From the NCBI GenBank assembly GCA_027592325.1, contig JAQCKO010000003.1, positions 941 to 64,940 of the forward strand: a stretch of 64,000 nucleotides of DNA, in the 5' to 3' direction. Shown here in pieces: positions 37,514 to 46,314 of this stretch. Numbering within the stretch: position 1 is the stretch's first letter; each line of letters opens with the position of its first letter. Origin of the DNA: a bacterium. GTDB taxonomy: Bacteria > Patescibacteriota > Patescibacteriia > UBA9934. Below the pieces are notes generated by a model. It had not been told where the DNA came from and did no database searches. It saw only the letters and a program-made list of their open reading frames with translations. A program made the translations under genes and the position numbers.

Positions 37514-39856
37514 ATGCCCGAACAAAGATTATTCATACCAGACGCTCGCGATAGTATTAGGTCGTTTGACAAGAATGATCTTACATTAGGTTTGAACGTA
37601 ATACGCAGAATGGTTGAACAGCCAGCAATTGAAGAGTTCACCGATGTATACGGTGAAAAAATTATACTCCAAGATCAAAAAAGAGTTTACGAAAAAAAAG
37701 AAGGCTTTTCATCTTCATTGTCTTGTATCGCCGAAGCTGCGGAATTTATTGTTCCATATGCTAGCAGAGATGCATCTCCATTTGGTGAGCTTGGGGTTGT
37801 AAGTAAAGCATCTGAATTTGATGATTTGTTCCGTGGAACTGATGTAGTAGCTGAAATTCGAAATCCACTAAGAAACAAGGAAACACTTGTCGCATCAATT
37901 GACATCACTACAGGCGTATCAGCATTAGCGGATAAGCTGCAACGACTGTTAGATAATGTTCATAGATCTAGAAAGAAACTTAAATATTATCGATCTCCAT
38001 TTTCTGATAGAACAGGACTACAGGTTAATGTAGAAGCTATTACATACATTTCGAATGAACGTGTCACTGAGGCCTTACGATTAGTAGCCGAAAATGAACC
38101 GTTTGATAATAAAGGATTCCGATCCTTGCTGGCCGAACAGCTACTTGTCCTTACAGCAGCCATGTCGCAATTTGCTCGATCTGTCGGCAATCCCAAAGCT
38201 GCCAATATTTACAATCAAATGCACAGATTTGCTTCATCAGGCGTCTATAATGCAGGTGCTACTGTTTTCTCAAAACAAGCGTTGCTTAGTGAAGATATGC
38301 GTATCTTCCGTGAACAATTAGCGGACGTAACGGGCATAGAGGAGATCCTAGACTATTGTTTTGTATTAGATATTCATGATATTACTGACGAAGTCACATC
38401 AGAGGTTGAGACGCCAGTCGATCATGAGTTTATACCAGACTCGATGGTTGCATTAGTCGATTTAGCAGACGAAGTTACATGCTCATTATCATCATTAATA
38501 CGCCTAGTAGAAGAAGCTCAAGAAGTAGGACATGACGGATCGGTACTGCGCAAAAGTGCAAAACATCGAAACCAACTAACTCGTTTTATCGACAAAGATA
38601 CACTGGAATTTGTTTATTCGAAGCTATCTGAACGCCCGTGGAATTTGCCTAATCCACCAGAAGGCTGGTTAACACATGATGAATACATGACTGAAGCTTA
38701 TGGAGATAAGGCTAGTCGTAGAGGACGCAGTGCGTTTATGCGTGTTGCTGATTTGAATAATCCCGACGAAGTATTACTGGCACGTGGAAAAAATGGCCGC
38801 CCATGCCGGGTATTTTCTCCAAAAGGAGTTGCACATGCCTTGCATAAATACAGTCTTGGACCGAAAGAACCACAACGTGAGGTTGATTCAAATAAGCTGA
38901 CCGTATCAGATATTGCACAAGAACTAGGTTGTTCTTGGAGCATGGCACATGATGTCATTACATCTCTCATAGAATTAGATTCTTCTCAGTCGACTCCACA
39001 TTCTATTGATCGATTAACTGTAGAACCGTTGCTAGCAGATGTTCGAGAACAGATTGAGACTATCACGGAGCTCTATGAGAAAGGTTGTGTGACAAGACAT
39101 AGGGCATATGAATTGCTAGGTGTTACCTCACTTTCAGAATTAGAGGCAGATTACGTGTTTGAAAATGATGGCTCATCACCATCTGTCATTATTGATTTTT
39201 CGCACACAAAAAAACCGCTCTACTTCTATTCAGAGGAATTTGTTGAGTGGTGCATGGAAAAAATTACGAAAACAATACCGGACGGATTTGAACTATTTTC
39301 CTCTACTGGTCACAAATTAGTACAAACACGCTATGATCGTGTGATGCAACAGATGCTTGATGAAGGATATGATGAATCTGATTTATATGTCGTGAGATAC
39401 GCGAGAAATAAAATGGGTACTAAAACAATTAGAAAAACAAGATACTATTCCGATGCCTTCAGAAAACGCTATAAAAATGATGCAGAAGAAGCCTTCCCCT
39501 CAGATACTTTCACTGTTTCGGATATTGCTGAGATCTTTCCTTTAGGACGAAAAGTGATCATGAAATATATGAAACGTATAGCTGGGGATCGCATACGAAT
39601 AATTCTTAAGGGGAAAAAAACACTTGTTAGTTTCAGAAAAGAAGATGTTGATATTGCTAAGGAAACCCTTCCGCTCCGTGGGTGGCAACCAGCGAATATT
39701 GTTCGTGACGAATTAGGATTAACTGATCGTGAAATTAAGGCTGCTATCACTGAATTTTCTCATGACAATGGATCAGTGCGATCGATAGGAAGACACAATA
39801 TAAACAGTACTTATTTGAGTCCTGAATTAATTAAACATCTACGAGAACAAAAATGA
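37514..39856 (+). CDS. Large hypothetical protein (nuclease-like N-terminus, repeated HTH-like C-terminal units)
   Basis: SEFDDLFRGTD..IDIT; LTVSDIAQELG and FTVSDIAEIF. Confidence 0.7.
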   Translation: MPEQRLFIPDARDSIRSFDKNDLTLGLNVIRRMVEQPAIEEFTDVYGEKIILQDQKRVYEKKEGFSSSLSCIAEAAEFIVPYASRDASPFGELGVVSKASEFDDLFRGTDVVAEIRNPLRNKETLVASIDITTGVSALADKLQRLLDNVHRSRKKLKYYRSPFSDRTGLQVNVEAITYISNERVTEALRLVAENEPFDNKGFRSLLAEQLLVLTAAMSQFARSVGNPKAANIYNQMHRFASSGVYNAGATVFSKQALLSEDMRIFREQLADVTGIEEILDYCFVLDIHDITDEVTSEVETPVDHEFIPDSMVALVDLADEVTCSLSSLIRLVEEAQEVGHDGSVLRKSAKHRNQLTRFIDKDTLEFVYSKLSERPWNLPNPPEGWLTHDEYMTEAYGDKASRRGRSAFMRVADLNNPDEVLLARGKNGRPCRVFSPKGVAHALHKYSLGPKEPQREVDSNKLTVSDIAQELGCSWSMAHDVITSLIELDSSQSTPHSIDRLTVEPLLADVREQIETITELYEKGCVTRHRAYELLGVTSLSELEADYVFENDGSSPSVIIDFSHTKKPLYFYSEEFVEWCMEKITKTIPDGFELFSSTGHKLVQTRYDRVMQQMLDEGYDESDLYVVRYARNKMGTKTIRKTRYYSDAFRKRYKNDAEEAFPSDTFTVSDIAEIFPLGRKVIMKYMKRIAGDRIRIILKGKKTLVSFRKEDVDIAKETLPLRGWQPANIVRDELGLTDREIKAAITEFSHDNGSVRSIGRHNINSTYLSPELIKHLREQK

Positions 39857-39860
39857 TTGT

Positions 39861-40163
39861 ATGAAAGGATTCATTGATTTTATCCGCGAGCAGGGCGTTG
39901 TTGGCCTTGCCATTGGTTTCATTTTGGGAGCGGCAAGTAAAGATCTGGTTTCGAGTTTCGTAGATGGGATTATCCAGCCGCTTATTGGTCTCATCTTTGG
40001 TGGAAAAGCGAGTCTTGCCGAGGCGTCTATTCTCGTCAATGAAGTCTCGATTGAATATGGCGCCTTCATTTCTGCTGTGTTCGATTTTATGATTCTTGTA
40101 GCCATTGTGTATTTCGGCATTAAAGGATTCGGTCTAGATAAGCTTGATATAAAGAAGTCGTAG
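39861..40163 (+). CDS. mscL: Large-conductance mechanosensitive channel
   Basis: F..FI....VVGLAIGFILG..LVSSFV..II.P and YGAFI motifs. Confidence 0.85.
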   Translation: MKGFIDFIREQGVVGLAIGFILGAASKDLVSSFVDGIIQPLIGLIFGGKASLAEASILVNEVSIEYGAFISAVFDFMILVAIVYFGIKGFGLDKLDIKKS

Positions 40164-40222
40164 CAAGGTCACATTCGACGAATGTGCGTGGTAAAGTGTA
40201 AGTCTAATTCGTAATAGCAGGT

Positions 40223-40489
40223 ATGAATGGGTATATCACGAATAGAGAAAAAGCTACGCTTGAAAATACAGATTATCGGCGTGTACTTTACACAACGCAT
40301 CGATCACAACTAGTCCTGATGTCGATTGAATCAGGAGATGAGATCAGGCAAGAACGTCATGGTCTTGATCAATTTATTCGTATAGAACAGGATCTGGCTA
40401 GGTTGTGCTCGATGGGTGAAAAACGAGGTACAATCCATAAAACAAAACACGATGAAACCGAAAAACACTTTGACGGCATGATATCGTAA
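40223..40489 (+). pseudogene. Cupin-domain gene with internal deletion
   Basis: N-terminal TLEN.DYRRVLYT..SQLVLMS..DQFIR joined almost directly to C-terminal GTIHKTK..HFDG; the second cupin motif is missing. Confidence 0.6.
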
Positions 40490-40512
40490 GAAAAAAAGTA
40501 ACCCCTTCCGGG

Positions 40513-41745
40513 TTACTTTCTCTTGTAGCGAGGATGACCGTTTCTTCGGCGTCCTGCGATTCCTCCTCGTCCCTGGGTTGAACGTGGTGTACGCTCGGTA
40601 AGGGGTAATGAGGGAAGGCTTGAGCCGTCCTCATGGAAAAGCGGAATTTGCTTTCCAATCAGTCTTTGAATGGCGGCAATGTCACCGCGTTGGCGAGGAG
40701 ATGCGAATGAAATTGCTTTCCCTTCGCGCCCGGCGCGTCCTGTTCGTCCAATACGATGAACATAATCGTCTGCCTGATCAGGAAGATCGAAATTGATCAC
40801 GAGTTTTATGGAACTTACATCAATTCCTCGCGCGGCAATATCGGTTGCAACAAGCACACGATATTTCCCCGCATCAAACCCATTCAATGCTCTTTGGCGC
40901 TGAGCTTGTGTGCGGTTTGAATGAATTTCATCTGCTTTATATCCCTCCTGAGAGAGAGTTTTCGCAACCTTTTTTGCTCCGTGTTTTGTACGGCTAAATA
41001 CAAGCGTTTGACCTTCATGCTCATCAAGAATATCCATGAGCAAATCAACCTTGACGTCATTCCGTACAATGAAGATTTCTTGTTCAATTTGATCGGCAGT
41101 TGTCCCCGGTTTCGCAACTTCAATACGCTTTGGATCGCGCATATACGCATTCGCTACTGCTTCAACTCCCTTTGCCATCGTCGCAGAGAAAAGGAGGGTT
41201 TGGCGTGATTCTGGGACCATCTCGCGAATCCTATCGAGTTGTGGTTTGAATCCCATATCAAGCATGCGATCCGCTTCGTCAAGCACGAGCACAGAAATCG
41301 CATCGATTTTCGCATACCCTTGCTCAACCATATCAATCAGTCGGCCAGGTGTAGCAATGATTACGTGTGGTCGCTTTTTCAGCTCTTTCATTTGACCATG
41401 TGCGCTCACGCCTCCAATCAGAAGGGCCGTACGGAAGTTCGATCCATTAAGCAATTTTCTCATTGTTTCTTGAACCTGCACAGCAAGCTCGCGTGTAGGA
41501 AGTAAAATAAGCCCGGGTTTTCCGGTTTCCATTACCTTTTGTATGAGTGGAAGGCAAAATGCAAGCGTTTTCCCCGATCCTGTTTGTGCAATTCCCATTA
41601 CATCGCTGCCGCTTAAAACGGTAGGAATTGCATCAAATTGAATTGGGGTTGGGTGCTTAAACCCTTGTTTGTCGAGTCTTGCAAGAAGTCCTTCCGAAAT
41701 CCCTAATCCTTCAAAACTCGTATCTTGTAATTCGTTTCTAGACAT
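40513..41745 (-). CDS. DEAD-box RNA helicase (RhlE-like)
   Basis: Q motif, AQTGSGKT, PTRELA, DEAD, SAT and HRIGRTGR motifs. Confidence 0.95.
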   Translation of the reverse strand: MSRNELQDTSFEGLGISEGLLARLDKQGFKHPTPIQFDAIPTVLSGSDVMGIAQTGSGKTLAFCLPLIQKVMETGKPGLILLPTRELAVQVQETMRKLLNGSNFRTALLIGGVSAHGQMKELKKRPHVIIATPGRLIDMVEQGYAKIDAISVLVLDEADRMLDMGFKPQLDRIREMVPESRQTLLFSATMAKGVEAVANAYMRDPKRIEVAKPGTTADQIEQEIFIVRNDVKVDLLMDILDEHEGQTLVFSRTKHGAKKVAKTLSQEGYKADEIHSNRTQAQRQRALNGFDAGKYRVLVATDIAARGIDVSSIKLVINFDLPDQADDYVHRIGRTGRAGREGKAISFASPRQRGDIAAIQRLIGKQIPLFHEDGSSLPSLPLTERTPRSTQGRGGIAGRRRNGHPRYKRK

Positions 41746-41786
41746 GAAGGCGCAATGATAGCATACTGAGGGTATATTGTCAATGT

Positions 41787-42215
41787 ATGCGCGACGAACT
41801 CAAGACGAAACAGAATAAACAGAGTGTAACAACCTTTTTAAATCGTATTTCTGATAAAAAGCGTAAAAAGGACGCAAAACGGGCGCTCAACCTACTGAAA
41901 GAGGTGACAGGGGAGAAACCGACAATGTGGGGATCTTCTATCATTGGCTTTGGAAGCTACACCTATACAAATTCGAGAGGGAAATCGTTTACTTATTTGG
42001 CAACCGGATTTTCTCCACGTAAACAGGCACTGACTTTCTACATTATGCCTGGGTACGACGATTTTTCTGATTTATTAGAAAAGCTTGGCCCTTATACACA
42101 TGGAAAATGTTGTTTGTATATTCGCGATTTAGATGCAATCGATGAGAACGTTTTGCGGAACATCATCAAAAGGGGCTTCGACATCGTCCAGACACGTTAT
42201 AAAACAGAAGCGTGA
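41787..42215 (+). CDS. DUF1801 (YdhG-like) protein
   Basis: MWGSSIIGFG.Y, GFSPRK and LG....GK.CLYI motifs. Confidence 0.85.
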   Translation: MRDELKTKQNKQSVTTFLNRISDKKRKKDAKRALNLLKEVTGEKPTMWGSSIIGFGSYTYTNSRGKSFTYLATGFSPRKQALTFYIMPGYDDFSDLLEKLGPYTHGKCCLYIRDLDAIDENVLRNIIKRGFDIVQTRYKTEA

Positions 42216-42219
42216 GAAT

Positions 42220-42972
42220 ATGAAGATCGTACTTGTCCATTTTCGGCCTGATCGAAATGTCCTTCAACAGGAACGACAGGGATTTTTACGAAATACCGGG
42301 CTTGCTGATTCACAAGTTGAGAGTTTGAATGTATTTGAGCAACTCCCACGGTTTGATGATCTGAAAACGGCAAGTGCCGCCGTCATTGGTGGAAGCGGGG
42401 ATTTTTTTATTTCTCGCGGGGATATTCCGAAGGAACGTGCAGCCGTAGGGAACATTATCAAAGAAGCGAAGGACAAGAATTATCCAATGGCTGGAATTTG
42501 TTATGGGGCACAATTAATAGCTGATGTGCTTGGAGGTACGCTCGAATACGATGCATCGAGGGCTGAGATTGGAACATTCGCGATTGAAAAAACGGATGCG
42601 GCAAAACATTGCGCGATCTTTTCTGACATGCCGGAGCGATTTGATGTACAGTTAGGGCATAAAGATCACATTACAAAACTTCCGCCGGAGGCAGTCAATC
42701 TAGCACGTAGTGAGCGCAGTGAAGTGCAAGCGTTCACATTTCCTCAGTCCAAGCTATACGGATTTACGTTTCATCCAGAACTCGATAAAAAGGGAATGAT
42801 TGAGCGGCTTGATTATTACAATGGCGTGCCAGAACTCAAAGCACAATACGGCCTTACAGACGAGGCAATCTCGCATCTCCTTGAGAAAATGTGGGATAGT
42901 GAGCATGCGAAACAACCACTTGAGCGATTTTTAAAAGAAGTTGTCAATAACGGGCAAGCCTATGCAGCATAA
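42220..42972 (+). CDS. Class I glutamine amidotransferase-like protein
   Basis: GICYGAQ nucleophile motif and FHPE. Confidence 0.85.
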   Translation: MKIVLVHFRPDRNVLQQERQGFLRNTGLADSQVESLNVFEQLPRFDDLKTASAAVIGGSGDFFISRGDIPKERAAVGNIIKEAKDKNYPMAGICYGAQLIADVLGGTLEYDASRAEIGTFAIEKTDAAKHCAIFSDMPERFDVQLGHKDHITKLPPEAVNLARSERSEVQAFTFPQSKLYGFTFHPELDKKGMIERLDYYNGVPELKAQYGLTDEAISHLLEKMWDSEHAKQPLERFLKEVVNNGQAYAA

Positions 42973-43927
42973 AATACCAGTAACAATTTTGAGCGGTTTT
43001 CTCGGATCAGGGAAAACAACACTCCTGAATCGCTTATTGACCGAATATCAAGACGAGCAACTTGCTCTTATTGTAAACGAATTCGGTGAGATTGGTATTG
43101 ATGACAAACTCCTTCTTCGCACCGATGAAGAAATCATTGAAATGAATAATGGGGCCATTTGCTGCGTTCTGCGTGATGATACAACGAAGACGCTTCTAAA
43201 ACTGGTAGAAAATAAAGATCGTCAATTTGATCGCGTTCTTATTGAAACAACGGGACTCGCGAATCCGATTCCGATTGCGCGTGCAATTTTAGAAAAGCCT
43301 GCACTGAAGGACAAGTTCAAGCTCGAGTCTGTCGTGATAATGGTTGATGCATCGAATGTCCTCGATCAACTACATACAACACAGGAAGCGAAGGAACAAA
43401 TTGCTGCAGCAGATGTGATCGTCCTCAATAAAATCGATCTTGCAGACGAACGCACAATTGCTGCGACAAAGATGAAACTCCGGTCCATCAATCCAATTGC
43501 GAGAATCGTTGAAACACAGAATGCAGAAGTCACACTCGATGACTTACGTAGTGAAGAGAAAGACCGTAGCTTCGTTACTGACCTTGCCCCAGCGCATCAT
43601 GACCACGATGATGAAGTGACCTCCTTTGTCCTTGAGGCTGATGCAGCGCTTGATTTCAACAAAGTGACACAATGGATTGGAGAAACCATTATGCTGAATA
43701 GCGACAAACTTATGCGCTACAAAGGCATACTTGCTATTGCCGGCAAAAACGAGCGTTTTGTGTTTCAAGGTGTGCATCAACATTTTGAGCATCGAAAAGA
43801 TCGAGTATGGAAGGAAGGAGAAGATCGGAAAAGCCAGGTTGTAATGATTGGAAAAGATCTTGACGAAGCGAAGATGCGCGAGGCATTTGCAAAGCTTGTG
43901 ATTGATGAGGATAAATCTGCCTCATAG
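42962..43927 (+). CDS. COG0523/CobW-family metal-binding GTPase
   Basis: GFLGSGKTT, NEFGE, GAICC, ETTGLA, NKID, His-rich linker, CobW_C domain. Confidence 0.92.
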   Translation: MQHKIPVTILSGFLGSGKTTLLNRLLTEYQDEQLALIVNEFGEIGIDDKLLLRTDEEIIEMNNGAICCVLRDDTTKTLLKLVENKDRQFDRVLIETTGLANPIPIARAILEKPALKDKFKLESVVIMVDASNVLDQLHTTQEAKEQIAAADVIVLNKIDLADERTIAATKMKLRSINPIARIVETQNAEVTLDDLRSEEKDRSFVTDLAPAHHDHDDEVTSFVLEADAALDFNKVTQWIGETIMLNSDKLMRYKGILAIAGKNERFVFQGVHQHFEHRKDRVWKEGEDRKSQVVMIGKDLDEAKMREAFAKLVIDEDKSAS

Positions 43928-43974
43928 AGAAGATTTTTTGCTATCATTCGTGTAATAAATCACCACCGAATTTT

Positions 43975-44352
43975 ATGACACAATATATTCTTGAGCTTAC
44001 TGGGCTTATCTTCTTCCTCTTCGGGCTTTCAATGCTCGTGAATAGGGATTTCTATGTCGGCTATGCAAAAGACATGCAAAAAGACCGAGGTCATATCTTG
44101 CTCGCGGCGCTCATTAACTTAGTGATCGGTCTTTCGATCGTTCTCAGTCATGTGGGCTGGAATTCAACTGAGGAGGTCGTCGTTTGCCTGATTGGATGGG
44201 CAGCAACAATTAAAGGAGTCACTCTCGTCCTTGCGCCTTCCGTAATGAAGCATATGGCTAAAAAACTTGCCTCTGGATCAGTCGTTACAGTTGCAGGATT
44301 CATCACGCTCGTCCTCGGCGCGCTTATCTCATATCTCGCATTCTTTGCCTAA
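43975..44352 (+). CDS. Four-TM membrane protein
   Basis: Four hydrophobic helices with H..W and GW...IKG. Confidence 0.7.
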   Translation: MTQYILELTGLIFFLFGLSMLVNRDFYVGYAKDMQKDRGHILLAALINLVIGLSIVLSHVGWNSTEEVVVCLIGWAATIKGVTLVLAPSVMKHMAKKLASGSVVTVAGFITLVLGALISYLAFFA

Positions 44353-44361
44353 CCAAAAATT

Positions 44362-44571
44362 ATGGAGTGGAATATTCACACAATCATCTTCGTTATTCTT
44401 TTTGTTGATAGCCTTGCCGCAAATATGCTCGTGCATGCGGAAAGTAAGAAGCTCAGCAAATTGTGGCGAACCAATTTTCGCACTCTTTCGCGTGCATTCC
44501 CGCTGTCTCGCGGCTGGTCAGCGCTTTATCTTGTGCTGACACTGTACATTGGATACCTTGTTCTTGCATGA
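44362..44571 (+). CDS. Small membrane protein
   Basis: Two hydrophobic segments; stop overlaps the next ATG (ATGA). Confidence 0.6.
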   Translation: MEWNIHTIIFVILFVDSLAANMLVHAESKKLSKLWRTNFRTLSRAFPLSRGWSALYLVLTLYIGYLVLA

Positions 44572-45281
44572 GAACAATTCATACAGTTTACAAACGTATA
44601 GGAGAAACGCCGCTTCAGGCGCTAGAGCGGTATCGTGACGAGGCTGGAATTTCTGACGATGTCCCTATGACCTATGCAGGGAGGCTCGATCCGATGGCGG
44701 AAGGGCTTCTTCTTGTCTTGTCGCATGGACAGTGTAAAGCAAAAGAGCAATTTTTATCGCTCGATAAAACCTATCAAGCCTCCGTATTACTCGGCTTTCA
44801 AACCGATAGTTTCGATATTCTCGGAAACGTTGTATCGATACCGCTTTGTGATGTGGATCGGAGTACATCGATTCTCTTTTCACTTAATGGCTCACCATCA
44901 CTGCAAATACCTCCATACGCTTCAGTTCCTGTGGACGGAAAACCGCTTCAAGCATGGGCGAGGGAAGGGGTAATGAAATATGCCGAGCGTACCATGCGTA
45001 TTCTTGCGATAAGTGATGTGATAGTTGAACCAATGCAGGGATGGGCGGTTTTCGATCACATTTCAAAACGCATTCAGGCGGTAGACGGCGATTTTCGTCA
45101 ATACGAAATTCTTGCAAGATGGCGAGCAGTCGTGAACAAAAAATTGAGCTATCAGATTATACATTTCACCATTGATGTTGCATCAGGGACGTATATTCGT
45201 TCCATTGCAAATGCAATGGGCGGTACATTGTTTACCTTGAGAAGGACACGCATTGGCTCTTGGAAAGAAGAGCAGCCCTAG
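44568..45281 (+). CDS. truB: tRNA pseudouridine(55) synthase-like protein
   Basis: YAGRLDPMAEGLL, K.Y, PPYAS, SGTYIRS and LRRTRIG motifs. Confidence 0.85.
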   Translation: MRTIHTVYKRIGETPLQALERYRDEAGISDDVPMTYAGRLDPMAEGLLLVLSHGQCKAKEQFLSLDKTYQASVLLGFQTDSFDILGNVVSIPLCDVDRSTSILFSLNGSPSLQIPPYASVPVDGKPLQAWAREGVMKYAERTMRILAISDVIVEPMQGWAVFDHISKRIQAVDGDFRQYEILARWRAVVNKKLSYQIIHFTIDVASGTYIRSIANAMGGTLFTLRRTRIGSWKEEQP

Positions 45282-45316
45282 ACGCGTTGTCGTCTATGGG
45301 CTGCAGTCGGCGATCA

Positions 45317-45580
45317 TTACTTGTCTTCATCTCCGCCGAACACCCTATGGGCGAGTGATTCCACTGCTCTCACCGCGCGTTTGCGCAACCCGGGTGGCAG
45401 CATTGCTCGATCCATGACGAGCTCTGGTACGTCTGCGGTCATGACCCACTTCCCACACTCCCGACAACGCATTAGATGGCCGTGAAGATCATCCGGAATT
45501 TCTTTTCCGGTTGAATCACGGACCACGTACTTCGGATATTCTTCACGAAAAGAATTGCAATTCATGCTTCCCTCCAGCAT
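45317..45580 (-). CDS. Small zf-HC2 (anti-sigma-like) zinc-finger protein
   Basis: C..HLMRCREC (HxxxCxxC); TTGACA-17-TACCGT upstream on the minus strand. Confidence 0.55.
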   Translation of the reverse strand: MLEGSMNCNSFREEYPKYVVRDSTGKEIPDDLHGHLMRCRECGKWVMTADVPELVMDRAMLPPGLRKRAVRAVESLAHRVFGGDEDK

Positions 45581-45677
45581 GCTACGGTAGCAAAATCTTC
45601 TCGTATTGTCAACTCAACACCCGCTTATCCACGAAGATTCGCTATCGCATAACTGTCACCTGCTATACTAACCGTAT

Positions 45678-46313
45678 ATGCCAAAGTACTCAGCAAAACC
45701 GCATTCGTCGCTAACTGTGATGATGACGCTCATCGTGTTTATATTGTCGGTCACATTTTTTCTCCTCACCATCACGGCTGTTATTGACGATGTCACGCCA
45801 ATCTCGATGACTCAAACCGCTCAGGAACAGGGTGCATATGCAGGGCCGGTTGTTGAATTGCGGTTTTCCTCTGATGAACCTGATTCGCTCTTAACGAAGG
45901 TACAATCTCTCACTGCGGGTGACGTATTTACTGCAGATGGTTTATACGCGCAGAGTGAAGAGTGCGGGACCAATAGGCGAAAGGCATATTATGAAGATCT
46001 AATGCAGGAATTGCGTGATGTTCCAATGAATCGTTACAATTTCATGTACACAGGTGCGAGTCAATTACCGTCTGATTATATTGTTTCCGTAATGCCCAAT
46101 GAAGCTGGCTATGAATCACTTGAAGAATTCAAGCTCGATTTTAATCTCTGCTTTGCAGGAGGAGATTACTATCCAACGGCACTAGATGTAGATTATTTGT
46201 ACTTTGCAAGCAGTTGTGGAACTGGTTTTGGTGATGGAAGTACCCTTCCGGTGGGATGCGCCGAAGCGAAACGCATTGTTGAAACGGAAACCGATATCAT
46301 TGTCAAAAAATAA
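45678..46313 (+). CDS. Membrane-anchored hypothetical protein
   Basis: N-terminal TM segment and Cys-containing extracellular domain. Confidence 0.7.
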   Translation: MPKYSAKPHSSLTVMMTLIVFILSVTFFLLTITAVIDDVTPISMTQTAQEQGAYAGPVVELRFSSDEPDSLLTKVQSLTAGDVFTADGLYAQSEECGTNRRKAYYEDLMQELRDVPMNRYNFMYTGASQLPSDYIVSVMPNEAGYESLEEFKLDFNLCFAGGDYYPTALDVDYLYFASSCGTGFGDGSTLPVGCAEAKRIVETETDIIVKK

Positions 46314-46314
46314 T

